A DNA stretch of 64,000 nucleotides from Hyphomicrobiales bacterium (GTDB lineage Bacteria > Pseudomonadota > Alphaproteobacteria > Rhizobiales > Xanthobacteraceae): NCBI GenBank assembly GCA_021730985.1, contig JAKFYI010000029.1, positions 202 through 64,201 on the forward strand, read 5' to 3'. The stretch's first letter is position 1. Every line of letters begins with the position of its first letter. A model generated the notes under the pieces. That model saw only the letters and a list, made by a program, of their open reading frames with translations, searched no databases and was not told where the DNA came from. Positions 18,501 through 27,923 of the stretch are shown here, piece by piece. The position numbers were made by a program, and so were the translations under genes.

Positions 18501-21299
18501 TCAGGCTTGGCCCGCCGCCTTCTTGCCCAACGCCGCCTGCGCTGCAGCGAGCCGCGCGATCGGAACCCGGAACGGCGAGCACGACACGTAGTCGAGCTTG
18601 ACCTCGTGGCAGAACGCGACCGAGGCGGGATCGCCGCCGTGTTCGCCGCAGATGCCGACCTTGAGGCCCTCGCGGGTCTTGCGGCCGCGCTCGACGCCCA
18701 TGCGGACCAGTTCGCCGACGCCGGCACGGTCGATCGATACAAACGGATCGCCCGGCAGGATGCCGCGCGCCACGTAGATGCCGAGGAAGCTCGCGGCGTC
18801 GTCGCGGCTGATGCCGAACGCGGTCTGCGTCAGATCGTTGGTGCCGAACGAGAAAAACTCCGCGCTCTGTGCGATCTCGTCGGCGATCAGCACGGCGCGC
18901 GGCAGCTCGATCATGGTGCCGACCTGATACTTGAGCCTGGCGCCGGTTTCCTTTTCCACCTCCTGCGCCATCGCGTCGATGCGCGCCTTGACGATATCGA
19001 ACTCCGCCTTGGTGGCGATCAGCGGCACCATCACCTCCGGCGCCACCGTCTTGCCCGTGCGCTTGCCGACCTCCGCCGCCGCCTCGAAGATGGCGCGCGC
19101 CTGCATCTCGGCGATCTCGGGATAGGCAATGGCGATGCGGCAGCCGCGGAATCCGAGCATCGGGTTGAACTCGGCAAGCTCACGCGCCCTGTTCTCAAGC
19201 TTCTTCGGATCGGCGCCCATCGCGGCCGCAACCTCGGCGATGTCGGCTTCGCCATGCGGCAGGAACTCGTGCAGCGGCGGATCGAGCAACCGGATCGTCA
19301 CCGGCAGGCCGCCCATGATCTCGAACAATTCGGTGAAGTCCTGACGCTGCATCGGCAGCAGCTTGGCGATCGCCAGACGCCGGCTCTTGTCGTCGTCGGC
19401 CAGGATCATCTCGCGCACCGCCTGGATGCGCTCCTCATCGAAGAACATGTGCTCGGTGCGGCACAGCCCGATGCCTTCGGCGCCGAACCGGATCGCCAGC
19501 CGCGCATCGGCCGGAGTGTCCGCATTGGCGCGCACGCCGAGCACGCGCACCTTGTCGGCCCAGCCCATCAGCGTGCCGAATTCGCCCGACATCGCGGGCT
19601 CCACCATCGGCACGCGGCCGGCCAGCACCTGCCCGGTCGAGCCGTCGATGGTGATGATTTCGCCGCGCTTGAGCACGACGTTGCCGGCCTGCATGGTCTG
19701 GGCGTTGTAATCGACGCGAAGCTGGCCCGCGCCCGAGACGCAAGGCTTGCCCATGCCGCGCGCGACGACGGCAGCATGTGAAGTCATGCCGCCGCGCGTG
19801 GTGAGAATGCCCTCGGCGGCGTGCATGCCGTGAATGTCTTCTGGAGAGGTCTCGACCCGAACCAGGATCACCTTCTTGCCGTCGGCCTTGAGACGCGTCG
19901 CTTCGTCGGAGTTGAACACGATCTCGCCGGATGCAGCGCCCGGCGACGCCGGCAGGCCGCTCGCGATCACGTTGCGCTCGGCATCGGGATCGATGGTCGG
20001 ATGCAGCAACTGATCGAGCGAGGCGGGATCGACCCGCGCCACCGCCTCGTCCTTGGTGATGAGCTTTTCGTTCGCCAGTTCGACCGCGATGCGAAGCGCC
20101 GCCTTGGCGGTGCGCTTGCCGCCGCGGCATTGCAGCATCCACAGCCGTCCCTGCTCGACCGTGAACTCCAGGTCCTGCATGTCGCGATAGTGGCGCTCGA
20201 GCTTGCCGTAGATGCGCGTCAGCTCCTTGAATGCCTCCGGCATCGCGCTTTCCATCGACGGCTTGTTGGAGCCGGCCTCCTTGCGCGCGATCTCGGTGAT
20301 CTCCTGCGGCGTGCGGATGCCGGCGACCACGTCCTCGCCCTGCGCGTTGATCAGGAATTCGCCGTACAGGCGCTTCTCGCCGGTCGAAGGATTGCGCGTG
20401 AAGGCGACGCCGGTCGCCGAGGTGTCGCCCATGTTGCCGAACACCATCGCCTGCACGTTGACCGCGGTGCCCCAGCTTTCCGGAATGCTGTGCAGGCGGC
20501 GGTAGGTGATGGCGCGCTGGTTCATCCACGAGCCGAACACGGCGCCGACCGCGCCCCACAACTGTTGGCCGGGATCCTGCGGGAACGGCTTGCCCCGCTC
20601 CTCCGCCACGCGCTCCTTGTAGCGCGTCACCAGCTCCGCCCAGTCGTCGGCAGCGAGTTCCGTGTCGAGCGTCATGCCGTTGCGGATTTTGTGGTCTTCG
20701 AGAATGTCCTCGAAGTTGTGATGCTCGATGCCGAGCACCACGTTGGAATACATGGTGATGAAGCGGCGGTAGCTGTCGTAGGCGAAGCGCGGATCGCCGG
20801 ATTGCTTCGCCACCGCGTCCACCGTTTCGTCGTTGAGGCCGAGGTTCAGCACCGTGTCCATCATGCCGGGCATCGAGGCGCGCGCGCCGGAGCGCACCGA
20901 CACCAGCAGCGGATTGCTGCGGTCGCCGAACGTCTTGCCGGTGATGCGCGCGATGTGGGCGAGGCCCGATTCGACTTGGGCGCGCAGCGCCGCCGGATAG
21001 GTGTCGCCGTTGGCGTAGTAGTGCGTGCAGACCGCGGTGGTGATGGTGAAGCCGGGCGGCACCGGCAGGCCGAGGCTCGCCATCTCGGCGAGGCCCGCGC
21101 CCTTGCCGCCGAGCAGTTCGCGCATGCCGGGCTTGCCCTCGGCCTTGCCGCCGCCGAACGCGTAGACCCATTTGCCCGTTGCCAGGCCTTTGCCTGCGCC
21201 CCTGGCGGCCGGTTTAGCGCTGCGTTTCGGCGCAACCTTGGCACGCCTGGCCGCTTTCGCGGGCTTGGATTTCTTCCGGGGGGCAGGACGGCGTGTCAT
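18501..21299 (-). CDS. ppdK: Pyruvate, phosphate dikinase
   Basis: LLGGKGAGLAEM, LVSVRSG, GGMTSHAAVVAR phospho-His motif, SFGTNDLTQ, GICGEHGGDP. Confidence 0.98.
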   Translation of the reverse strand: MTRRPAPRKKSKPAKAARRAKVAPKRSAKPAARGAGKGLATGKWVYAFGGGKAEGKPGMRELLGGKGAGLAEMASLGLPVPPGFTITTAVCTHYYANGDTYPAALRAQVESGLAHIARITGKTFGDRSNPLLVSVRSGARASMPGMMDTVLNLGLNDETVDAVAKQSGDPRFAYDSYRRFITMYSNVVLGIEHHNFEDILEDHKIRNGMTLDTELAADDWAELVTRYKERVAEERGKPFPQDPGQQLWGAVGAVFGSWMNQRAITYRRLHSIPESWGTAVNVQAMVFGNMGDTSATGVAFTRNPSTGEKRLYGEFLINAQGEDVVAGIRTPQEITEIARKEAGSNKPSMESAMPEAFKELTRIYGKLERHYRDMQDLEFTVEQGRLWMLQCRGGKRTAKAALRIAVELANEKLITKDEAVARVDPASLDQLLHPTIDPDAERNVIASGLPASPGAASGEIVFNSDEATRLKADGKKVILVRVETSPEDIHGMHAAEGILTTRGGMTSHAAVVARGMGKPCVSGAGQLRVDYNAQTMQAGNVVLKRGEIITIDGSTGQVLAGRVPMVEPAMSGEFGTLMGWADKVRVLGVRANADTPADARLAIRFGAEGIGLCRTEHMFFDEERIQAVREMILADDDKSRRLAIAKLLPMQRQDFTELFEIMGGLPVTIRLLDPPLHEFLPHGEADIAEVAAAMGADPKKLENRARELAEFNPMLGFRGCRIAIAYPEIAEMQARAIFEAAAEVGKRTGKTVAPEVMVPLIATKAEFDIVKARIDAMAQEVEKETGARLKYQVGTMIELPRAVLIADEIAQSAEFFSFGTNDLTQTAFGISRDDAASFLGIYVARGILPGDPFVSIDRAGVGELVRMGVERGRKTREGLKVGICGEHGGDPASVAFCHEVKLDYVSCSPFRVPIARLAAAQAALGKKAAGQA

Positions 21300-21385
21300 C
21301 GCAACTCTCGCTGTCTCGACAGGGCTGTATTGACCCTTCCCCGGCGCTTCCTCAATCGGCTTTTCGTTCTATCCACTTTACTCGG

Positions 21386-21466
21386 TGTCATCGTCCGCGA
21401 AAGCGGACGATCCAGTGCACTTTGCGCCACCGAGGGTACTGGATGCCCGCTTGCGCGGGCATGACA
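21386..21466. repeat. REP/RIME-like palindromic doublet (GTC-tagged)
   Basis: TGTCATCGTCCGCGAAAGCGGACGATCCAGT...ACTGGATGCCCGCTTGCGCGGGCATGACA; near-identical arms at 24969-25070. Confidence 0.85.
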
Positions 21467-21484
21467 ACCGGTGTCGTTGGCGCC

Positions 21485-23725
21485 CTACCCCTCGATCTTG
21501 GAGAAATCCGCCACCGCCCGGGTGGCTTCCCTGATCTCGTTCAGCAGCTTCAGCCGGTTCTCGCGAACCGCCTTGTCTTCGGCGTTGACCGTGACCTTGT
21601 CGAAGAACGCATCGACGTGGGGGCGCAGCTTCGCCATCGCGGTCATCGCCGAGGCGAAGTCCTCCTTGGCGACCGCCGCCGAGGCCTCGGCCTTGGCCAC
21701 GCCGACGGCGCGGGCAAGCTCCCGCTCCTCGGCCTGGGTCAACAGCTTGGCGTCGGGCGCGCCGGTGTAGGACTTGTTGTCCTTCTTCTCCTCGATGCGC
21801 AGGATGTTGGCGGCGCGCTTGGTGCCGGCCAGCAGGTTCTTGCCGTCGTCGGTGTCGAGGAATTTGCCGAGCGCTTCGACGCGGCGGACGATCAGGAGAA
21901 GGTCGTCCTGGCCTTCGAGCGCGAACACGGCATCGACGAGGTCGTGACGCGCGCCCTGCTCGCGAAGCTGGACCTTGAGGCGGTCGGCGAAGAAGGAAAG
22001 GAGGTCTTCAAGCTCGGCGACCGCTGAATCGATTTCAGCCTGAGGTAATTTATCCGGAAAAGCTCGCTTCTCTTCTTCCTTCAAAATCTCCCGAATGCTT
22101 TTTTTCGTATAGCCCTTTTCTCTCAGCCTCTCCACCAAGGAGTCCAGCATTTGGTGCTTCAACTCGTCACCAATCATCACACGCGCTGGTATTAGCGCCG
22201 ACATGAGATCGAGCCTGATTTCTCTTTCCAGGACCAGTCTAATTACGCCAAGCGCCGTGCGGCGTAGTGCGTACGGATCCTTACTACCGGTCGGCTTTTC
22301 ATTGATCGTCCAGAATTTTACCAATGTGTCGATCTTGTCGGCCAACGCAACGGCGAGAGAAACGGGATCAGACGGCACACGATCATTTGGGCCAAGCGGC
22401 TTGTAGTGATCTTCCGAAGCCGCAGCGATAGAAGCATCCTCATCTTGCACTAGTGCGTAGTGCCGACCCATCAATCCTTGAAGCTCGGGAAACTCTGCCA
22501 CCACCTCAGTAAGCCGGTCGGCCCTACACAATCGTGCTGCGCGCCGAGCTTTCTTCTTATCGGCACCGACAACGGGTGCGATCTCAGCAGCCAGCTGTTC
22601 AATGCGCCAAATGCGCTCCCACTCCGTTCCAAGTCTTTCATGGTAGACGATCGACTTGAACTTATTAAGTCGCTCCTCGAGCCCGACCTCTCGCCAATTC
22701 TTCAAATCCGTCTCGTAGAAGAACTTCGCATCCGACAGCCGCGCGCGGATCACGCGCTCGTTGCCGGCGGCGATGGCCTTGCCGCCGTCGCTCGCTTCGA
22801 TGTTCGCCGTAAGAATGAACTTGTTGGCAAGCCGTCCGGTCTTCGGATCGCGCACCACAAAGCACTTCTGGTTGTTGCGGATGGTGGCGCGGATCACCTC
22901 GTCGGGGATTTTCAGGAACGCCTCATCGAAGCTGCCCATCAGCACGACCGGCCATTCGACCAGGCCCGCGGCCTCGGCCAGCAGGCCCTCGTCCTCCACC
23001 AGTTCGAAGCCTTGCGCGAACGCGAGGTTCTTGGCGTCGGCGCGGATCGTCTCGGCGCGGCGCGCCGGATCGAGCACCACCTTGGCGGCGTTGAGCTTCG
23101 ACACGTAGTCGTCGAACCGCTTCACCTTGATCGGCGCCGGCGCCATGAAGCGATGGCCATGCGTCGTGTCGCCGGCCGCGATGCCGCCGACCTCGAATTT
23201 CACGATGTCGGGCTCCTCGGTCTCCGGCCCGAAGGTCGCGACGATGGAGTGCAGGGGGCGCACCCAGTTCAGGCTGCCCGGCTGCGCCGACGCCGCGCCC
23301 CAGCGCATCGATTTCGGCCAGGGAAATGCCTTCACCACGTCGGGCACGATCTCCGCGATCACCTCAATGGCCGGCCGCCCCGCCTTCTCGATCACCGCGA
23401 CGTAGAAGTCGCCCTTCTTGTCGGCTTGCACCTTGGCCTGATCGATCGACGTCAGTCCCGCCGCGCGCAGAAATCCCGCAATCGCCTGCTCCGGCGCGCC
23501 GACCTTGGGCCCCTTGCGCTCGTCCTTGATGTCGGGCTGCCGCACCGGCACGCCCTGCACGGTGAGCGCAAGGCGGCGCGGCGTCGCGAACGCCTTGGCC
23601 CCCTCGTAGGTCAGGCCTGCGGCCACCAGCTTGTCGGTGACCATTTTTCGCAAATCCTCCGCGGCCCGCGCCTGCATCCGCGCCGGGATTTCCTCGGAGA
23701 AGAACTCGAGCAGAAGGTCGGGCAT
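21485..23725 (-). CDS. glyS: Glycine--tRNA ligase beta subunit
   Basis: [65 protein letters not shown]. Confidence 0.96.
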   Translation of the reverse strand: MPDLLLEFFSEEIPARMQARAAEDLRKMVTDKLVAAGLTYEGAKAFATPRRLALTVQGVPVRQPDIKDERKGPKVGAPEQAIAGFLRAAGLTSIDQAKVQADKKGDFYVAVIEKAGRPAIEVIAEIVPDVVKAFPWPKSMRWGAASAQPGSLNWVRPLHSIVATFGPETEEPDIVKFEVGGIAAGDTTHGHRFMAPAPIKVKRFDDYVSKLNAAKVVLDPARRAETIRADAKNLAFAQGFELVEDEGLLAEAAGLVEWPVVLMGSFDEAFLKIPDEVIRATIRNNQKCFVVRDPKTGRLANKFILTANIEASDGGKAIAAGNERVIRARLSDAKFFYETDLKNWREVGLEERLNKFKSIVYHERLGTEWERIWRIEQLAAEIAPVVGADKKKARRAARLCRADRLTEVVAEFPELQGLMGRHYALVQDEDASIAAASEDHYKPLGPNDRVPSDPVSLAVALADKIDTLVKFWTINEKPTGSKDPYALRRTALGVIRLVLEREIRLDLMSALIPARVMIGDELKHQMLDSLVERLREKGYTKKSIREILKEEEKRAFPDKLPQAEIDSAVAELEDLLSFFADRLKVQLREQGARHDLVDAVFALEGQDDLLLIVRRVEALGKFLDTDDGKNLLAGTKRAANILRIEEKKDNKSYTGAPDAKLLTQAEERELARAVGVAKAEASAAVAKEDFASAMTAMAKLRPHVDAFFDKVTVNAEDKAVRENRLKLLNEIREATRAVADFSKIEG

Positions 23726-23967
23726 CAGAGTTTCTTGTGGCTCCCATCGCACATCGGCACCTTGCCGGTGCGCTTGCAGGCGCAGAACCAGGCCTCTTCC
23801 GATTTACCGGCCTTGAACTCCACCGGCGAGAACGGTGTGCCCTTGTGCGAGCCGTCGCAGAACGGCTGCTTCTTCGAGCGCCCGCAGGCGCACCACCAAT
23901 AGCTCTTGCCAGCCTCCACGTTGATGGGCAGCGGCTGGCGGCCGCCGATTTCAGGTGTCGTCGTCAT
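23725..23967 (-). CDS. CDGSH iron-sulfur domain protein (two CDGSH motifs)
   Basis: [17 protein letters not shown] and [17 protein letters not shown]. Confidence 0.92.
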   Translation of the reverse strand: MTTTPEIGGRQPLPINVEAGKSYWWCACGRSKKQPFCDGSHKGTPFSPVEFKAGKSEEAWFCACKRTGKVPMCDGSHKKL

Positions 23968-24905
23968 TGCATCCCTCCCGCTTCGGTATGGAGCCAGGCA
24001 TTGCCGCAGGCCTTCGCCAGTTCACGAACCCGAAGGATGTAACTCTGCCGCTCGGTGACCGAGATCACGCCGCGCGCGTCGAGCAGGTTGAAAACATGCG
24101 AAGCCTTGATGCACTGGTCGTAGGCCGGAAGCGCCATCAGGTGCTTCGTCTTGTCGCCCGCAGCCTTGTCCCAGCCGGCTTCGAGATACTTCCGGCAGGC
24201 CGCCTCCGCCATCTTGAACTGCTCGAACAGCATGCCCGTGTCGGAGTGCTCGAAATTGTGCCGCGAATACTCCTGCTCGGCCTGCAGGAACACGTCGCCG
24301 TAGCTCACCTTCTCGGCGCCCTCGCGGCCGTTGAAGTTGAGGTTATAGACGTTGTCCACGCCCTGCACGTACATCGCGAGGCGCTCCAGGCCGTAGGTCA
24401 ACTCGCCCGCCACCGGCGCGCATTCGAAGCCCGCGACCTGCTGGAAGTAGGTGAACTGCGACACCTCCATGCCGTCGCACCAGCACTCCCAGCCGAGCCC
24501 CCACGCCCCCAGCGTCGGGCTTTCCCAGTCGTCCTCGACGAAGCGGATGTCATGCAGCTTGGAATCGACGCCGATCGCTTCGAGCGACTTCAGGTACAGG
24601 TCCTGAAGGTCCGGCGGCGACGGCTTCAGGATCACCTGGAATTGGTAGTAGTGCTGCAACCGGTTGGGGTTCTCGCCGTAGCGGCCGTCCTTAGGCCGCC
24701 GCGACGGCTGCACGTAGGCCGCGTTCCAGGGCCTCGGCCCCAGCGCCCGCAGCGTGGTCGCCGGATGGAAGGTGCCCGCGCCGACCTCCATGTCGTAGGG
24801 CTGCAGGATCACGCAGCCGCGATCCGCCCAAAAACGCTGCAGCGTCAGGATCAGGCCCTGAAACGAGCGTTCCGGGCGCATGTGGGCGGGAAGGTCGTCG
24901 GTCAT
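23964..24905 (-). CDS. glyQ: Glycine--tRNA ligase alpha subunit
   Basis: [42 protein letters not shown]. Confidence 0.98.
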   Translation of the reverse strand: MTDDLPAHMRPERSFQGLILTLQRFWADRGCVILQPYDMEVGAGTFHPATTLRALGPRPWNAAYVQPSRRPKDGRYGENPNRLQHYYQFQVILKPSPPDLQDLYLKSLEAIGVDSKLHDIRFVEDDWESPTLGAWGLGWECWCDGMEVSQFTYFQQVAGFECAPVAGELTYGLERLAMYVQGVDNVYNLNFNGREGAEKVSYGDVFLQAEQEYSRHNFEHSDTGMLFEQFKMAEAACRKYLEAGWDKAAGDKTKHLMALPAYDQCIKASHVFNLLDARGVISVTERQSYILRVRELAKACGNAWLHTEAGGMQ

Positions 24906-24968
24906 AAGAATTCCAGCGTGTGGCTTGAGACCTAACGGCGGGTATCCGGGGGGTCAATAACACACCGG

Positions 24969-25070
24969 TGTCATCGTCCGCGAAAGCGGACGATCCAGTA
25001 CTCCCGATGCTTGCAATATCAACAGGAACCACCGAGGCTACTGGATGCCCCGCTTTCGCGGGGCATGACA
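24969..25070. repeat. REP/RIME-like palindromic doublet
   Basis: TGTCATCGTCCGCGAAAGCGGACGATCCAGTA...TACTGGATGCCCCGCTTTCGCGGGGCATGACA. Confidence 0.87.
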
Positions 25071-25093
25071 ATGGCGGGCCAGGGAGGGATACC

Positions 25094-26062
25094 ATGCTTG
25101 CGCATTGGGCCAAGTTCGCGGCCGCGCTTGCCGTTCTCTCCTCAGCGCCCGCTCAGGCGCAAGACTACCCGACCCGCCCGATCCGAATGGTGATTGCCTT
25201 CCCGCCTGGCGGACCGACCGACTTCGTCGGCCGGCTCATTGCCGACAAACTCAAGGAGTTGCTGCCACAGCCGGTGCTGATCGAGAACAAGCCCGGCGCC
25301 AATGGCGCCATCGGCGCCGACTTCGTCGCCAAGGCCGAGCCGGACGGCCACACCATTTTCTTGTCCACTGTCGGCGCGATAGCGATCACGCCGCACCTGC
25401 GCGACAACCTGCCCTACAACACGCTGCGCGATTTTGCCCCCGTCACGCTGGTGGTGCGCAACACCACGGTGGCCATAGTGCGAGCCGATCACCCGGCCAA
25501 GACGGCGCAGGAATTCGTCGCAATCGCCAAGCAGAAGAACGGAGCGCTGCCGTTTGCCACGACAGGCGTCGGCTCCACCACACACCTGGCGACCGAGATG
25601 TGGGCGACCGCCGCGGACTTCAAATACGTTCATGTGCCTTACCGGGGCGCTGCGCCCGCGGTCACCGACATTCTCGGTGGCCAGGTCGAATGCTTCTTTG
25701 GCGACGTGCCGGTGCTGATGCCGCAGATCGCGGCGGGCAAAGTCCGCCCGCTCGCGGCTGCCTCCAGCGAACGCAACCCGATGCTGCCCAACGTCCCGAC
25801 GCTGGCCGAGGTGGGCTACAAGGACACCTCCTCGGGCAACTGGTACGGCCTCCTCGCCCCGGCGAAGACTCCGCCCGCCGTCGTCGCCAAGCTCAACGCG
25901 GCGTTTGTCGCGGCGGTCAACGATCCGGTGGTGAAGGACAAGCTGATCAAGTCCGGGGCCATCCCGGTCGCCAACACGCCCGCCGAGTTCGGCCAATTCC
26001 TCAAGGAGGAGTTCGACCGCTGGGGCGCCGTGGTTCGCGAGCGCGGCATCAAGGAACCGTAA
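25094..26062 (+). CDS. Bug/TctC tripartite tricarboxylate transporter substrate-binding protein
   Basis: YPTRPIRMVIAFPPGGPTD, ENKPGANG, HVPYRGAAPA, VPTLAE. Confidence 0.93.
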   Translation: MLAHWAKFAAALAVLSSAPAQAQDYPTRPIRMVIAFPPGGPTDFVGRLIADKLKELLPQPVLIENKPGANGAIGADFVAKAEPDGHTIFLSTVGAIAITPHLRDNLPYNTLRDFAPVTLVVRNTTVAIVRADHPAKTAQEFVAIAKQKNGALPFATTGVGSTTHLATEMWATAADFKYVHVPYRGAAPAVTDILGGQVECFFGDVPVLMPQIAAGKVRPLAAASSERNPMLPNVPTLAEVGYKDTSSGNWYGLLAPAKTPPAVVAKLNAAFVAAVNDPVVKDKLIKSGAIPVANTPAEFGQFLKEEFDRWGAVVRERGIKEP

Positions 26063-26386
26063 CGCTTCGGCCTGCGCTGCCGCCAATTTAATCGGCAGAC
26101 GGTCGGCTTGCCGCGGTTTTGCTCGCGGCAAGTCCGCAACATCCGATTCAAATCCGCATTTGCCGATTAAGAAAACACACAGTTCCCTGGAACAATGCTT
26201 GCAGGGAATGAGTTTGTTTTGCCGGAGTCCGTTGGCTCGTCAGGGCAATATTCAAAGGCCAGCGGTATCCGGTTCCGGCGCGTAACGCACCGGCAAGTCG
26301 AAGCGTCTAGTGAATTGGTGGTGCCGCGGCCTGCCAACGGCCGTTGCGGTCACCGGAAAATGGACAACCAAGCGGGGGAGATTTTC

Positions 26387-26569
26387 ATGCTCGCCTACGC
26401 CCTCTACTTAGCGTTCGTCGGCGCCTTCATTGCAGTTGCCGCGCTCGGACACCTGCTGCTGTTCTCGGCGATCTATCCCAACCTGTTCGGGAGTGCAGCC
26501 GATACCGGCACAGGCGAAGCCGAGTCGAGCGAACGGCCTTCGCCGCGGTCGCCCACGATCGCAGCCTGA
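26387..26569 (+). CDS. Small hypothetical membrane protein (60 aa)
   Basis: GGGGAG RBS; hydrophobic N-terminus MLAYALYLAFVGAFIAVAALGHLLLF. Confidence 0.6.
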   Translation: MLAYALYLAFVGAFIAVAALGHLLLFSAIYPNLFGSAADTGTGEAESSERPSPRSPTIAA

Positions 26570-26571
26570 GG

Positions 26572-26769
26572 TCAGCGCTTCGGCCGGTACACGCCGGTCG
26601 CGGGATCGCGCCGAAGATCGGTCGTGGTATCGCGCACGGCATCGGCCGGCGCGGGCCTGGACCTGGCCTGATCGAGCTCATCGTTGACGCGGCGCCATTC
26701 CTTGGCGATCAGCTTCGCCGCGAGGGCGGCGCCCAGCGTGCCGAGCAAGAAAAGAAAAGCCTGCGGCAT
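26572..26769 (-). CDS. Small hypothetical membrane-anchored protein
   Basis: Directly follows the S49 gene; TM + EWRRVNDELD...LRRDPATGVYRP. Confidence 0.7.
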   Translation of the reverse strand: MPQAFLFLLGTLGAALAAKLIAKEWRRVNDELDQARSRPAPADAVRDTTTDLRRDPATGVYRPKR

Positions 26770-26780
26770 ATGCTCGTCCC

Positions 26781-27668
26781 TTACAGCCCGTAGCGCGCCC
26801 AGATCGCGCGCGCCTCAAGTGCCGAGATCGCATCCTCGGCCAACCCGGCGCCGCCGAGCAAGCCGTCGAATTGCGCAATTACGCCTTGGGTGCGGCGGCC
26901 AAACAATCCGCGCTCGGCGATCAGCGGCGTCCTGACCTTGTCGCCATAGCGCTCGCGCAGGGTGGCGCGCAGGTCGCCGATCGAATCGACCAGGCCCAGT
27001 TGCTTCGCGCGGTTTCCGGTCCAGTATTCGCCCGAGAACAGTTCGTCTTCGGGGCCGTTGAGCTTGCCGGCGCGGCGGTCCTTCACCAGCGCAATGAAGC
27101 TCTGGTGGATTTCCGATTGGATCGACTTGAGGCGTTTCACGTCCTCGGGGTTTTCCGGTAGGAACGGATCGAGCATCGCCTTGTGCTCGCCGGACGTATA
27201 GAGGCGGCGCTCCACGCCGATCTTCTCGATCAACCGATGGAAGCCGAACGAGCCGCCGACCACACCGATCGAGCCCACGATGGACGAGCCGTCGCAGACG
27301 ATCTCATCGGCCGCGCAGGCGATCATGTAGCCGCCGGACGCGCCGACATCCTCGATGAAGGCGATGACCGGAATCTTCTTCTCGTCGGCGAGCTGCCGGA
27401 TCCGCCGGTGGATCAGGTTAGACTGCGCCGCGGAGCCTCCCGGAGAATTGATTGCAAGCGCAACGGCACACGCTTTGCTTGTCGAAAACGCACGATCCAA
27501 CGATCGCGCGACCGAGGCGACGGTCAGCCCCGGCTTCAGCGGAGTGGAAATGCCGATGACCCCGGACATCCGAACCACCGGAACCACAGGAATATCGCTG
27601 CGAAACCGGGCCGGAATGAAGGGGCGAAGCGTTTCGAGCGTCCGATCGAACGTGGAGGTCTCAGCCAT
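26781..27668 (-). CDS. S49 family peptidase (SppA/SohB-like)
   Basis: INSPGGS, DVGASGGYMIACAADEI, SIVGSIGV. Confidence 0.92.
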   Translation of the reverse strand: MAETSTFDRTLETLRPFIPARFRSDIPVVPVVRMSGVIGISTPLKPGLTVASVARSLDRAFSTSKACAVALAINSPGGSAAQSNLIHRRIRQLADEKKIPVIAFIEDVGASGGYMIACAADEIVCDGSSIVGSIGVVGGSFGFHRLIEKIGVERRLYTSGEHKAMLDPFLPENPEDVKRLKSIQSEIHQSFIALVKDRRAGKLNGPEDELFSGEYWTGNRAKQLGLVDSIGDLRATLRERYGDKVRTPLIAERGLFGRRTQGVIAQFDGLLGGAGLAEDAISALEARAIWARYGL

Positions 27669-27808
27669 GAGTCAGGACATAAGACGGCCATGGATCGGCC
27701 TCAAGTCATCCATTGTTAACCTATGAATGTTTTTTAGCAGGAACGCGGGCCCAAGCACGGGCTTATCCCATATGCCCAGCGGCAATAGAAAAACGGAAGC
27801 ACTCAGGA

Positions 27809-27910
27809 ATGAAGACCCTTCTGCTGTTTGTCCTGATGTCGTCGATCGTGATGATCGCCTACCTCGCCGTGCCGGCCCGGCCGATGGCCGATTCGAAGGT
27901 CGTCGATTAG
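27809..27910 (+). CDS. Putative 33-aa single-TM peptide
   Basis: MKTLLLFVLMSSIVMIAYLAVPARPMADSKVVD with GC3-rich codons in an otherwise empty gap. Confidence 0.4.
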   Translation: MKTLLLFVLMSSIVMIAYLAVPARPMADSKVVD

Positions 27911-27923
27911 CGTGAGGCGCCTG

